Of a stretch of DNA of 32,000 nt, positions 1-11,578 are shown one piece after another (the first letter of the stretch is position 1; each line of letters starts with the position of its first letter). The stretch covers positions 240,001 through 272,000 of the forward strand of contig NZ_JHUX01000004.1 in the NCBI RefSeq assembly GCF_000619845.1. Direction: 5' to 3'. The stretch comes from Alkanindiges illinoisensis DSM 15370 (lineage in GTDB: Bacteria; Pseudomonadota; Gammaproteobacteria; Pseudomonadales; Moraxellaceae). A program made the translations under genes and the position numbers. The notes under the pieces are model-generated. The model made no database searches. It saw only the letters and a list, made by a program, of their open reading frames with translations, and was not told the origin of the DNA.

Positions 1-1
1 C

Positions 2-100
2 TCGCACGTGTATAAGGAAATTTTTGATGCCATGGCCAAAAGCCTGAATATTGAAAAAATTGCCAGAACACTTAGTCCCGCTGAAGAAGTGAAAAACTAG
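2..100 (+). CDS. 3' end of an unidentified CDS running in from the left edge (...SHVYKEIFDAMAKSLNIEKIARTLSPAEEVKN*)
   Basis: The frame is open from the window edge to TAG at 98-100. A bidirectional intrinsic terminator follows at 122-150. No family recognised. Confidence 0.3.
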   Translation, partial: SHVYKEIFDAMAKSLNIEKIARTLSPAEEVKN

Positions 101-121
101 GATCTATTTTTATTTGTCATT

Positions 122-150
122 AAAAAACCCTGACCATGCAGGGTTTTTTT
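122..150. terminator. Bidirectional rho-independent terminator between the left-edge CDS and pgsA
   Basis: Stem AAACCCTG (125-132) pairs with CAGGGTTT (139-146) around a 6-nt loop. It is flanked by an A-run on one side and a T-run on the other. Confidence 0.7.
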
Positions 151-164
151 ATTAATCCAATGGA

Positions 165-749
165 TTAAGGCTGCTTTAAATACGGCCACGCGGCACGCAA
201 ATAAATAATCATTGACCACAGGGTTAAAATCACCGCGGTATATAACAAAATATACGCTGCTGGCTCAATGGCTTTCCAGTTGAGCAAAAACACGCTAATG
301 GCAATCATTTGAAAGGCGGTTTTATATTTGCCCACGGTAGACACCGCCACACTGGTACGTGCGCCCAGTTCAGCCATCCATTCCCGCAAGGCGGATACAG
401 TAATTTCACGCGAAATAATTACAATGGCGGCAAAGGCCATGCTAATGGTGGGCTGCCATTGCACCAGCACAATCAGTGCCGCAGCGACCATCAGCTTATC
501 CGCCACGGGGTCGAGAAAGCGGCCAAAGGCAGAGGTCTGGTTTAAGACCCGGGCCAAATAACCATCCAGCCAGTCCGTCACAGCCGCCAGAATGAACAGG
601 CTGGTCAGGATAATATGCCGTGTCCAGCTTCCTTCATGCCCATATACCCCAATGGCAGGTGGCCAATAGGCAATCAGCAAAAAAACAGGAATCAGTGCAA
701 TCCGTGCAATGGTTAGAATATTGGGAATGTTTAAAATCGTTCCTGCCAT
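165..749 (-). CDS. pgsA: CDP-diacylglycerol--glycerol-3-phosphate 3-phosphatidyltransferase
   Basis: Carries the CDP-alcohol phosphatidyltransferase motif DWLDGYLARVLNQTSAFGRFLDPVADKL. It is collinear with E. coli PgsA from NIPNILTIARI to the C-terminal LTLWSM. The track ORF extends to a GTG at 782; I prefer the ATG at 749 (MAGTILNIPN...) because the N-terminus then matches PgsA length. Confidence 0.9.
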   Translation of the reverse strand: MAGTILNIPNILTIARIALIPVFLLIAYWPPAIGVYGHEGSWTRHIILTSLFILAAVTDWLDGYLARVLNQTSAFGRFLDPVADKLMVAAALIVLVQWQPTISMAFAAIVIISREITVSALREWMAELGARTSVAVSTVGKYKTAFQMIAISVFLLNWKAIEPAAYILLYTAVILTLWSMIIYLRAAWPYLKQP

Positions 750-1015
750 AGAAAAATCCACTAGAAGGAATAAGGAATTCACCGCATCATATCATGAGCG
801 AGGGTCAGTGGCGATTGAGAATCGCCACCCGAGCGCAAGATGAGAGCTAGGCTCGAATAGCGAGGAATGAACTGCATTGCCGTGCAAGAAATCAACTTCA
901 TCTTTCGAACAAAACACGATTAAAGTGTTTTGGCCCTTTATCTATCCAAGCAAACCACTAAACCCCACGCTCAAACCGCAGAAATCACTAAAAAACTCTG
1001 ACTCAACGCTTATCC

Positions 1016-1813
1016 TTAAATAAACACCGTCACCGTTTGACGACTTAATGCCACCAGCTTGCCTTGTGCATCCCAGATTTTGGCTTGTGTATAGGCATAG
1101 CCATCGCCTGCAAATTCAGTGTTGACCTGATACTGCCACCAGCTATCCCCGCTGGCCTGGGCTGGCAACTGGATCAGCTCAAGGTTCCAGCTCAGTGAAC
1201 TGGCGGGTGCCACGCGGTTGTACATCGGCAATACTGAGGGTGGCCACATGTCGCCCAGCACAAATAAATGCGGTAGATTAATTTTTGCCACTTGCTCAGT
1301 GGGTTTTAAGCGCATCCAGCCGCCAAAATCCGGCTGCTTTGACCCGGTAAACGGCATCTGGCCTTCGGCCCACATTGCATCAAAATGCTGAAAAAACTCC
1401 GGTGTCATGCCGGGAATAAATGGCAAAGGCTGGCATTGTTCCGGCGCCTTAAACACCGGTGCATCATGACTACCCGGCAAATCAATCATTGATTCACGTC
1501 CCGCGCCAAAGCTAGCGACCAGCACGGATTGTACCTGCCCTTCCTGTAATAGCTGTACCTGAATGCTGGTAACCGATTTACCCGTGCGTAATACCTGTGC
1601 ATTCAAGTGGGCAGTACCCGGTGCCACTGGGCCAATAAAACTGACAAACGCAGAACGCAAGACCTTGGTAGTGTCATTCACCAGTTGTTCGGCATGCGCC
1701 ACCATCAGGCCAGCCACCAGTCCGCCAAACAAAGCACGCCCCTGGCCCCAGCTTTCAGGAATAGAAATTTCCTGCTGTTGTGCGGCATTTGCCAGTAATT
1801 GATCCAGTTGCAT
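1016..1813 (-). CDS. Acyl-CoA thioesterase-like protein (TesB/4HBT_3-type double hotdog), specificity unknown
   Basis: Size of about 265 aa and the ...RALFGGLVAGLM... region fit the thioesterase-like superfamily. The start is set at the ATG at 1813, which is preceded by GGAGA (aaactGGAGAgcaccATG). The 31 upstream codons of the track ORF lack an RBS. Confidence 0.6.
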   Translation of the reverse strand: MQLDQLLANAAQQQEISIPESWGQGRALFGGLVAGLMVAHAEQLVNDTTKVLRSAFVSFIGPVAPGTAHLNAQVLRTGKSVTSIQVQLLQEGQVQSVLVASFGAGRESMIDLPGSHDAPVFKAPEQCQPLPFIPGMTPEFFQHFDAMWAEGQMPFTGSKQPDFGGWMRLKPTEQVAKINLPHLFVLGDMWPPSVLPMYNRVAPASSLSWNLELIQLPAQASGDSWWQYQVNTEFAGDGYAYTQAKIWDAQGKLVALSRQTVTVFI

Positions 1814-2079
1814 GGTGCTCTCCAGTTTCTTCAAGAAATACAAACGCGCCTGAGCCTGCTCATGAGCGCACTCAAGTGAGTTCCTTTTTAGGCAAAAGTA
1901 ATGCATTTCTATAGCAAAAAATATGACCTAAACGTTCAGGCTTTTTTAAAAAACTGCCACACGCTGACCTGTTTTAAGCTTGTTATTTTATTAAACCCGT
2001 ATGATGATTGTGATCTTGTTGCTTGAACCACCTTCCAGTCAGTGCCAACACAGCGACAGGAAGGCAGTAAAAAAGCAGT

Positions 2080-3945
2080 TTACTCATGCAGGATTTTATA
2101 CACCGTACGCGCCAATGCCTTGCCAAAACCGGGCACCAGCGCCAGCTCATTTTCCGACGCTTTGAGCACGCCCTGTATGCCACCAAAATGGGTGAGCAAA
2201 TCACGGCGACGTTTTGGCCCAAGTCCGGGAATCACTTCCAGTACCGAGCCACCTCGCTTTTTATCGCGCTTGGCACGGTGTTTGGTAATGGCAAACCGAT
2301 GCGCTTCATCACGCACCTGCTGAATGAGATGCAAGGCCTTGTTGTCACTTTCCAGCTGGATTTTATGGCCATCGGTAAAATGCAGGGTTTCAAGGCCAGG
2401 TTTACGGCCCTCACCCTTGGATACGCCGATCATGAATGCATCAAGGTTTAAGTCTTGCATGACTTCCATGGCCATTTTCAGCTGACCCTTACCACCATCA
2501 ATCAACAGCAAGTCCGGTAAAGGCGCTTTTTTATAACGCCGGGTTAAGGCTTGACGCATGGCTGCATAATCATCACCCGGGGTAATATCCTTGATATCAA
2601 ACTGGCGATAATCACGTTTGCGCGCGCCGCCCTGATCAAACACCACACAGGACGCCACCGGTGATTCACCCATGGTGTGACTAATATCAAAACACTCAAT
2701 CCGGTCAATAGGCCGCTCTACCAGTTGCTGCAACACTGCAAAACGGTCACGCAGTTCCAGATGATTGGACAATCGGGCGTGCAAGGCATTTTCGGCATTC
2801 ATTACGGCCAGCTCCAGCCATTCTGCCCGGGTTTCACGTACCTTGTTTTTAATTTGTACACGCTGGTCAAAATGCTGTTTTAAGCCCTGTTCCAGGCTGG
2901 CAGCATCGGGCAAGGCTACATTAACAATCAGTTCTTCAGGCAGTTCATCGGCAAACTGGAAATAAAACGAGGCCATAAACTCGGACAGCATGCAGCCCAG
3001 TTGCTCATCAGTTGTTGTCTGACTATTGCCATTTTCCTGATAGGCAGAGGCCAGATCCGGAAAAAATGCCTTACCGCCCAGCATGCGTCCGCTACGCACA
3101 TTCATTACCTGCACGCACACCACGCCAGCCTGTTGCGCAATCGCCAGAATATCGGCTTCACCTTTTACCTTATAGACAGCTTGCTGGGCTTGTACTTCAC
3201 GCAACAAACCCACCCGGTCACGATAAAACACCGCTTCTTCAAACTTGAGCTGTTCAGCGGCGCGCTCCATGTTGCCAATCAGTTCCTGATTCAGCTCACG
3301 GGTATCGCCCTTTAAAAAACGAATGGTATGCGCCACATCCTGTGCATAATCTTCCGGGCTCACCAGTCCGACACACGGCGCACGACACCGCTTGATCTGG
3401 TATTGCAAACACGGGCGCTTGCGCTGGGCAAAAAAATTGTTGTCGCACTGGCGGACCATAAACAGTTTTTGCAGTACCAGCATGGTTTCACGTGCACTGG
3501 TCGCACTGGGATATGGGCCAAAAAACTTGCCGGCCTGATGCTGGCCCTTGCCGCGTCCAGCCGCCAGCCGTGGGTAAGGCTTATCGCTGGACACAAAGAC
3601 GTACAGATACGACTTGTCGTCACGCAGCATGATGTTATACGGCGGACGATGCTGCTTAATCAGGTTTTGTTCCAGCAGCAGCGCTTCGGTTTCACTGCGC
3701 ACCACCATAGTTTCAATATGCACAATGCGGGCAACCAACGCACGGGTCTTGGGGTGGTCAATGGTTTTGACAAAATAACTGGAAACCCGGTTTTTCAGGT
3801 TTTTGGCCTTGCCCACATACAACAGCTCACCGTTTGCCCCCAGCATTTTATAGACGCCGGGCAGGTTCGGTAAGTTGGCAAGAATGGCACGGATATTTGC
3901 AGCAATATCGGCAATGGTCTGAGGAAGACTCAAGGAATTTATCAT
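2080..3945 (-). CDS. uvrC: Excinuclease ABC subunit C
   Basis: Has the N-terminal GIY-YIG motif [30 protein letters not shown]. The C-terminal (HhH)2 region reads [35 protein letters not shown]. At 621 aa it is comparable to E. coli UvrC. Confidence 0.95.
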   Translation of the reverse strand: MINSLSLPQTIADIAANIRAILANLPNLPGVYKMLGANGELLYVGKAKNLKNRVSSYFVKTIDHPKTRALVARIVHIETMVVRSETEALLLEQNLIKQHRPPYNIMLRDDKSYLYVFVSSDKPYPRLAAGRGKGQHQAGKFFGPYPSATSARETMLVLQKLFMVRQCDNNFFAQRKRPCLQYQIKRCRAPCVGLVSPEDYAQDVAHTIRFLKGDTRELNQELIGNMERAAEQLKFEEAVFYRDRVGLLREVQAQQAVYKVKGEADILAIAQQAGVVCVQVMNVRSGRMLGGKAFFPDLASAYQENGNSQTTTDEQLGCMLSEFMASFYFQFADELPEELIVNVALPDAASLEQGLKQHFDQRVQIKNKVRETRAEWLELAVMNAENALHARLSNHLELRDRFAVLQQLVERPIDRIECFDISHTMGESPVASCVVFDQGGARKRDYRQFDIKDITPGDDYAAMRQALTRRYKKAPLPDLLLIDGGKGQLKMAMEVMQDLNLDAFMIGVSKGEGRKPGLETLHFTDGHKIQLESDNKALHLIQQVRDEAHRFAITKHRAKRDKKRGGSVLEVIPGLGPKRRRDLLTHFGGIQGVLKASENELALVPGFGKALARTVYKILHE

Positions 3946-4108
3946 CCCTTATTAATGAGGTTAAATGGCTAAAATTCAAGCGTAAATTCAGGCAGGACGG
4001 TCGCCTAAATCATCACTTACTTTAGCGTTATTTTATGATTGAAAACAGGATACCCGCGTAAGCGTAGGTAAAAAATTTTTAGTAAAAACATGGCTTAAAA
4101 TTTAGCCA

Positions 4109-4144
4109 TAAAAAAACCTGAGTTGAATTAGATCCACTCAGGTT
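4109..4144 (-). terminator. Rho-independent terminator of the lpxO-like gene
   Basis: On the minus strand, stem AACCTGAGT / ACTCAGGTT (4115-4123 / 4136-4144) is followed by TTTTTTT (the plus-strand A-run at 4109-4116). Confidence 0.7.
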
Positions 4145-4167
4145 TCTTGGAAAACAAATTTTAAAAC

Positions 4168-5076
4168 TTAGGCAAAGAAAATCAGGTAAAAAATGCCACC
4201 AAAAATCAGCCACTTCAACAGGTAATACAACTGTCGATTGGTTTTTTTCAGGTTTTTGGCGCGAATACGGACCTGATACAAATAGCGAAATGCCTTGTTA
4301 ATACCACCAGTTTGATCGCCAACTTCATTAGGTGAACTTGCGGCTGTCATCACATTTTTGGAAAACCAGCGGTTAAAACGGGCCACCAGCCTTGAACTTA
4401 GTGGCCGCTCCACATCACAAAACAGGATAATGCGATTTTGGTCAGTCGCATTTTCAGCATAATGCATAAAGGTTTCATCAAACACCACGCTTTGCCCATC
4501 ACGCCAGCTATAGCGCTCGCCATCGACCTCAATAAAGCAGCGATCATCATTGGGCGTAACCAGGCCTAGATGGTAACGCAATGAACCAGCGTACGGGTCA
4601 CGATGTCGCACCAGACGGCTACCCGGTGGCAACTCGGTAAACATGGCAGCCTTAATCGTTGGCAAAGTTTTCAGCAAGGCTGTGGTTTTTGGGCAAAGCT
4701 CGGCGGCTGACGGATGATGGCTGTCGTACCATTTTAAGTAAAAGCGCTTCCAGCCGGTTTTAAAAAATGAGTTAAAACCTGCATCATTGTAAGTGTCCGA
4801 CGCCTTGATTTCCCCCTGACTCGACAACGCCTGTGCTTCATCACGGATCATTTGCCAGTTGGCATCCAGCACCGCCAAATCATTTAAATGGCTGGCTTTG
4901 GCATCAATATAGGGCTGATTCGGTACTCTGGAAAACAGATACATCCAGATATTAATGGGCGCCATAATGGTGGAATGATCCAGAATCTGGCGTTTTAGCG
5001 GCTGTTTCACGCGTCCACGTCGCTGCACATAAATGGCAGAAACAATAAATATAGCCAGGATAATCCACTTAATCAT
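4168..5076 (-). CDS. lpxO: Aspartyl/asparaginyl beta-hydroxylase family protein, LpxO-like lipid A hydroxylase
   Basis: At 302 aa it has N- and C-terminal hydrophobic anchors. The conserved core reads RHRDPYAGSLRYHLGLVTPNDDRCFIEVDGERYSWRDGQSVVFDETFMHYAEN...RIILFCDVERP, as in Salmonella LpxO. Confidence 0.8.
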   Translation of the reverse strand: MIKWIILAIFIVSAIYVQRRGRVKQPLKRQILDHSTIMAPINIWMYLFSRVPNQPYIDAKASHLNDLAVLDANWQMIRDEAQALSSQGEIKASDTYNDAGFNSFFKTGWKRFYLKWYDSHHPSAAELCPKTTALLKTLPTIKAAMFTELPPGSRLVRHRDPYAGSLRYHLGLVTPNDDRCFIEVDGERYSWRDGQSVVFDETFMHYAENATDQNRIILFCDVERPLSSRLVARFNRWFSKNVMTAASSPNEVGDQTGGINKAFRYLYQVRIRAKNLKKTNRQLYYLLKWLIFGGIFYLIFFA

Positions 5077-5178
5077 GCAGCACCTGCTTCAAGCAGCCTT
5101 AAAAATTGGCGCAATTTTAACACCAGCTATTAAAAATTGATCATTATTTAAGAAAATTATCTGGTGGAACTCAGAGAT

Positions 5179-5207
5179 AAAAAAAAGCGGACTGTTGAGG
5201 TCCGCTT
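5179..5207 (-). terminator. Rho-independent terminator of the 5223-6326 lipoprotein gene
   Basis: Stem AAGCGGAC / GTCCGCTT with a 7-nt loop. On the minus strand it is followed by TTTTTTTT (the plus-strand A-run at 5179-5186). Confidence 0.7.
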
Positions 5208-5222
5208 GTCTTGCTTATTTAG

Positions 5223-6326
5223 TTAGCAAAAAGCTAGATCGCCATAGCAATTTGGGATAGTTGGCTGCGGTAAATCCTTAATGCTGTCTGGATCAATATT
5301 AATTGTTTTGGTTTTTGCTTTATCAATGGCCTTATCAATAGCAGTAGCAGCTGCCTCATTATAGAAAGTACAGCTATTTTCCAAGTTATGAACTATCAAG
5401 TTCACTAGCTTTGGATCCTGGCCATCAGCTAGCAATTGCTTTTTACCTGCGGTAATTGTTTCAGCAATAGTCGTTTTACCACCGCCTGCTTCTGCACTAA
5501 ATACTTTACCCTGATACTCAATGCCAAAAAGATACTGGATTTTGCCATTGGCGTTATAGTTTTTCAGCGTTAATGCACCCCAGTTGTATCCGGCCCATTT
5601 TTCCTTACTAACTATTGGCGCGGCAATAATATTTTCACTAAAGGCCAAGTTAGCCCAATCCTGCAGATTTTTTGCGTCTTTAATCTGAGTAGCACTAATA
5701 TCTGGATCAAACTCAAGATAGTTTTTATTGGCTTCTGTACTTACTGCACGTAGACACTTCGAACCCTGAGGAAAATTTTCCTTATTCAGCAAGATTCTGG
5801 CAGCTAAAGGAACCTGTGCATAATCAGCTTGTGTGATTTCATTGTATATTGCTAATCCGGCAATGGTGGGAGCAACCACTGGTGCAATGGCCTGTCCACT
5901 TAAATCCACTGTTCTAAACTGATGCGTATATTCAAGATCAGTAGCACCAGCCTGATTATAGGGAGTTAGCACCCAGGTGCTGCCATTAATTGATTTAACG
6001 ACGCTATCGCGAATACCTTTAGAAATATCAACGGTTTTTGATGTTTCAGGCTGATACAGTGCTTTATCTGTCAAATAATAAGAACTGTAATTATCGCTAA
6101 GACGGGTGCTGTTTAAATACAGTAGGTCATTTTTCCGGGTTAAGGATAGTTTTTCCCGATCCTGATCATCCATGCTATCCAGTTCATACATATATACTTT
6201 AGCTTCACCATCAAAAAGCGTTGGCTTTGCGCTTACTGCTGTATCACCATCTGACCCGCCACCACCACACGCTGTTAAAGCAAATGTCAAACCAATAACA
6301 GATGTTATCACCAGGTGTTTTTTCAT
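5223..6326 (-). CDS. Hypothetical lipoprotein (367 aa), function unknown
   Basis: The signal peptide has a lipobox, MKKHLVITSVIGLTFALTAC, followed by a GGGGSDG linker. The ORF is long and clean with its own terminator. It is visibly more AT-rich than its neighbours. No family recognised. Confidence 0.7.
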   Translation of the reverse strand: MKKHLVITSVIGLTFALTACGGGGSDGDTAVSAKPTLFDGEAKVYMYELDSMDDQDREKLSLTRKNDLLYLNSTRLSDNYSSYYLTDKALYQPETSKTVDISKGIRDSVVKSINGSTWVLTPYNQAGATDLEYTHQFRTVDLSGQAIAPVVAPTIAGLAIYNEITQADYAQVPLAARILLNKENFPQGSKCLRAVSTEANKNYLEFDPDISATQIKDAKNLQDWANLAFSENIIAAPIVSKEKWAGYNWGALTLKNYNANGKIQYLFGIEYQGKVFSAEAGGGKTTIAETITAGKKQLLADGQDPKLVNLIVHNLENSCTFYNEAAATAIDKAIDKAKTKTINIDPDSIKDLPQPTIPNCYGDLAFC

Positions 6327-6671
6327 ATTTAAAACTCAAATTGGGTAAAAAAATAATGCAATGCGATAAATTGGAAAGGATTTCACATCAGGCCTTCTTT
6401 TGTTTAAAAAGCTGAGTGATGCTAAAGCCCTTTTATTTAAGTTATTTATTCATTATTGCTTCACAATTTTACAAAGCGTCACTTAAAAAGTCATGTAAAT
6501 TTTGACTGGCTTAACAATTCGTGACCATTGCGTCATTAAGTAAGCAATATCTATTGTCATTTTCCCCTCATCTTGGCGTAAACTTAGGGCAATTTTTTAC
6601 CGCCCTTGTTGCAACACTCGGCAAAGGCGTTTTACGTTCCTTAAAAGTCCTCCAAAAACAGGAGATTAGGC

Positions 6672-8825
6672 ATGATCCACTCTGGCAATGCCATTACCGT
6701 CCAAATGCTTTCGGACGGGATAGCAGAATTCCGCTTTGATTTACAAGGCGAATCCGTCAATAAATTTAACCGCGCTACCGTTGAAGACTTTGCTGCTGCA
6801 ATTGCCGCAGTGAAAGGCAATAACGATATCAAAGGTTTAATCGTGTCCAGCGGTAAATCCAGTTTCATCGTTGGTGCAGATATCACTGAATTTGGTGACA
6901 ATTTTGCTCAGGGTGAAGCCGCCATTGCTGAATGGCTTGGCCCGGTAAACAGTATTTTCTCAAGCTTTGAAGATCTGGATATTCCTAAAGTTGCAGCCAT
7001 TAATGGCATCGCACTGGGTGGTGGCTTTGAGCTGTGTCTGGTGTGTGACTATCGTGTGATGTCAACTGCCGCACAGGTTGGCCTGCCAGAAGTGAAGCTG
7101 GGGATTTTCCCGGGCTTCGGTGGCACAGTACGCCTAACCCGCGTGATTGGTATTGATAATGCCGTTGAGTGGATTGCCACTGGCGCGCAGAAGAAACCAG
7201 AAGCTGCGCTCAAAGACGGTGCGGTTGATGCTGTAGTTGCGCCAGAAAAACTGCAAGACGCAGCCATTGATCTGGTGAAGCAGGCTCTGGCTGGCAAGCT
7301 GGACTGGAAAGCCAAGCGTCAGGAAAAACTGGACCCGGTGAAGTTAAATCCATTAGAACAAATGATGGCGTTCAACAGCTCTAAAGGTGTGATTCTGGCC
7401 AAGGCCAATCCTGCACAGTACCCAGCGCCAAAACTGGTTCTGGATACCCTGCAAGCCTCTGCCAGTATGGGTCGTGATGATGCACTGAAAGCTGAAGCTC
7501 AGGGTTTTGCCAAAGCGGCAGTAACTCCACAGGCCGGTGCGCTGATTGGCCTGTTCCTGAGTGATCAGGTAGTGAAAAAAATCAGCAAGAAACATGAGAA
7601 AAATGCACATCCAGTAAATATGGCCGCTGTACTGGGCGCTGGCATCATGGGTGGCGGTATTGCTTACCAGTCTGCTGTTAAAGGCACACCAATTATCATG
7701 AAAGATATTGGTAACCCGCAACTGGCACTGGGCATGAAAGAAGCCAACACCTTGCTGTCCAAGCAGGTTGAGCGCAAAAAACTGACCCCGGCCAAAATGG
7801 GTGAAACCCTAGCGCGTATCCGCCCGACTTTAAGCTATGACGAGTTTAAAGATGTAGATATCGTGATTGAAGCCGTGACTGAAAATCCAAAAATCAAGGA
7901 AGCAGTTCTGGCTGATGCCGAGAAATCAGTACGCGAAAACACCATTATTGCGTCCAACACCTCGACCATTTCCATTACCCGTCTGGCCAATGCGTTAGCC
8001 CGTCCAGAAAACTTTGTGGGCATGCACTTCTTTAACCCGGTACACATGATGCCTCTGGTTGAAGTGATCCGTGGTGCCAAGTCTTCTGACGAAGCGGTGG
8101 CAACCACTGTAGCGCTGGCACAGAAAATGGGCAAAACCCCAATCGTGGTGAATGACTGCCCGGGCTTCCTGGTAAACCGTGTCTTGTTCCCTTACTTTGG
8201 TGCGTTTGACCTGCTGTTAAAAGACGGTGCAGACTTCCAGCAAATCGACAAAGTGATGGAAAAGTTCGGCTGGCCAATGGGTCCTGCCTACCTGATCGAC
8301 GTGGTTGGCATTGACACTGGCGTACATGGTGCTGAGGTGATGGCGGAAGGTTTCCCTGACCGCATGAAGCCAAGCTATAAGGGCGCCATTGAAATCATGT
8401 ATGACAACAAGCGTCTAGGTCAGAAAAACGACGTTGGTTTCTACAAGTACGAACTGGACAAAAAAGGCAAGAAAGCCAAGAAAGTTGATCCAGCCTCTTA
8501 CGAGCTGATTGCCCCAATGGTAACTGGTGAAAAACGTGCGTTTGACGACCAGGAAATTATTGACCGCATGATGCTGGCCCTGTGCAACGAAACCGTTCGC
8601 TGCCTGGAAGACAACATTGTTGCGACCCCTGCTGAAGCTGACATGGCCATGATTATGGGTATTGGTTTCCCGCCATTCCGTGGTGGCCCATGCCGTTACA
8701 TCGACCAGACTGGCGTGGCTGAATATGTTGCCAAGTGCGACCAGTATGCCCATCTTGGCAAAACCTATGAAGCGCCACAAATGCTGCGCGACATGGCTGC
8801 CAACAACAAGAAATTTTACGGTTAA
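6672..8825 (+). CDS. fadB: Fatty acid oxidation complex subunit alpha (enoyl-CoA hydratase/3-hydroxyacyl-CoA dehydrogenase/epimerase)
   Basis: The N-terminal crotonase region reads [22 protein letters not shown]. The NAD-binding GxGxxG motif reads [17 protein letters not shown]. It is 717 aa, has a strong RBS (AGGAGattaggcATG) and is followed 12 nt later by fadA. Confidence 0.95.
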   Translation: MIHSGNAITVQMLSDGIAEFRFDLQGESVNKFNRATVEDFAAAIAAVKGNNDIKGLIVSSGKSSFIVGADITEFGDNFAQGEAAIAEWLGPVNSIFSSFEDLDIPKVAAINGIALGGGFELCLVCDYRVMSTAAQVGLPEVKLGIFPGFGGTVRLTRVIGIDNAVEWIATGAQKKPEAALKDGAVDAVVAPEKLQDAAIDLVKQALAGKLDWKAKRQEKLDPVKLNPLEQMMAFNSSKGVILAKANPAQYPAPKLVLDTLQASASMGRDDALKAEAQGFAKAAVTPQAGALIGLFLSDQVVKKISKKHEKNAHPVNMAAVLGAGIMGGGIAYQSAVKGTPIIMKDIGNPQLALGMKEANTLLSKQVERKKLTPAKMGETLARIRPTLSYDEFKDVDIVIEAVTENPKIKEAVLADAEKSVRENTIIASNTSTISITRLANALARPENFVGMHFFNPVHMMPLVEVIRGAKSSDEAVATTVALAQKMGKTPIVVNDCPGFLVNRVLFPYFGAFDLLLKDGADFQQIDKVMEKFGWPMGPAYLIDVVGIDTGVHGAEVMAEGFPDRMKPSYKGAIEIMYDNKRLGQKNDVGFYKYELDKKGKKAKKVDPASYELIAPMVTGEKRAFDDQEIIDRMMLALCNETVRCLEDNIVATPAEADMAMIMGIGFPPFRGGPCRYIDQTGVAEYVAKCDQYAHLGKTYEAPQMLRDMAANNKKFYG

Positions 8826-10013
<1,188 letters not shown>

Positions 10014-10032
10014 GGTTTGATTTGGTGGTAAG

Positions 10033-10065
10033 AAAAATCCCCGTAGCAATACGGGGATTTTTTTG
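10033..10065 (+). terminator. Rho-independent terminator of fadBA
   Basis: Stem AAAATCCCCGT / ACGGGGATTTT (10034-10044 / 10051-10061) with loop AGCAAT, followed by a T-run. Confidence 0.8.
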
Positions 10066-10112
10066 TGTTTAATCAACAAAAATGGCAAAGAGAAAAAGAG
10101 CGGCAATTTTAA

Positions 10113-11453
10113 ATGAAAAATATGCTTAAAGATAAAAATAACGATCAACAATCATCCCATCAAGAGAGCACAATTTCAAAGAAAGAAGTGTTAGCACTTG
10201 CGGTACCAGCCATCATAACCACCACATTACTACTTATTCAAAATTCAATCCCAACATTGGCAGGACTAACTGCCTTTATCTTATTATTTAGTATTATAAC
10301 TACGTTAATTATTGCTTATCGATATAATAAAGCGATTACTATTACTTGGCTTATCCCACTTGCAATTGCAGCAGCAGGCATAAGACTAAGCTATATAAAG
10401 TACCATTTATCCGGATCATTAGTATTTGTACTGACTCTTGCTATCTTAACCAGCCTTCTCTATGTAAAGCTCTTTTATTATTTATATCCCTATCCCCAGA
10501 ATAAGCATAAAAATAAATCTGAAACCATTGCTTATTTAGGCCTACTGCTTTGTACAGTAGCTCTATCTGCTTTCTTTTCAAAAATACATTTGTCGATAGT
10601 TTCCTCAAGTTTTTTAGTTGCTTTGCCGTTATTAACTGGACTTTTTATTGCACTTTTTGCGCATATTAATCAACCAGATACAACATCTGCGTATATATTC
10701 CAGTTATGTACACAAAACTTTGTTATGTTTATTATTATTGCCATATTTCTATTGCAAGAAGGCATCATTTGCCTAGTCATGGCTTCCCCTATTTTGTTGA
10801 CTTTACTTCTTTTAGGAGGAGGAATCGGTCATATTTTATGTAAAATAGGTATTAGACCAAAATCAAATTTGCCTGTTATGGCTGCTTTACCCTTATTATT
10901 GTTTTTACCTAAACCCCAAGCCAATACTCAATATAACCAGACCCATAAAGACATTATTATTAATGCCCCTGTGGAAGCTGTTTGGAAACAAATCAATCAT
11001 ATTAATGATATTAAATCAGAAGAGCTTGGCTCACATTTTATTTATAATATTGGTGTGCCCAAACCTGTTTCAGGCATGACGGTTGAAGAAAATAATGAAT
11101 TAGTTCGTAAGATTTACTGGGAAAAAAACATCCATTTTGAAGAGCATATAACTGAATATATTCCTAATCAAAAAATTAGCTGGAAATTTCATTTTGATCA
11201 AACATCGTTTCCTTCCTATGCTTTGGATGAGCATGTCACTATTGGTGGAGAATATTTTGATTTATTGAAAACAAGTTATACCCTTAGTCCATATGGAGAT
11301 AATAAAACAAAATTAGGTATTGATATTCACTACCGTTTATCAACCAATTTAAATTGGTATGCTAATTTCTGGGCAAAAACATCTTTAAATAGTTTTAGTA
11401 ATGCCGTTTTAGAACTATATCAGCATCGATTGGAAAACAAAGTAAAAAGTTAA
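10113..11453 (+). CDS. Polytopic membrane protein with a C-terminal SRPBCC/START-like domain (hypothetical)
   Basis: About 8-9 hydrophobic helices span residues ~25-265. A ~170-aa soluble domain follows, starting IIINAPVEAVWKQINHINDI, the typical opening strand/helix of SRPBCC domains. The gene is markedly AT-rich. The domain call is from pattern recognition only. Confidence 0.55.
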   Translation: MKNMLKDKNNDQQSSHQESTISKKEVLALAVPAIITTTLLLIQNSIPTLAGLTAFILLFSIITTLIIAYRYNKAITITWLIPLAIAAAGIRLSYIKYHLSGSLVFVLTLAILTSLLYVKLFYYLYPYPQNKHKNKSETIAYLGLLLCTVALSAFFSKIHLSIVSSSFLVALPLLTGLFIALFAHINQPDTTSAYIFQLCTQNFVMFIIIAIFLLQEGIICLVMASPILLTLLLLGGGIGHILCKIGIRPKSNLPVMAALPLLLFLPKPQANTQYNQTHKDIIINAPVEAVWKQINHINDIKSEELGSHFIYNIGVPKPVSGMTVEENNELVRKIYWEKNIHFEEHITEYIPNQKISWKFHFDQTSFPSYALDEHVTIGGEYFDLLKTSYTLSPYGDNKTKLGIDIHYRLSTNLNWYANFWAKTSLNSFSNAVLELYQHRLENKVKS

Positions 11454-11578
11454 ATTGAAGTTAGTAATCGACTTTTCATCTTTCTTACTTAATTTTAAGA
11501 ACACGTAAACACTGGAATAGTGGTATACATTTTAGCATCTGTGGGAGTATACAAATTTAGGCAGTTAGGAAGTAACTC

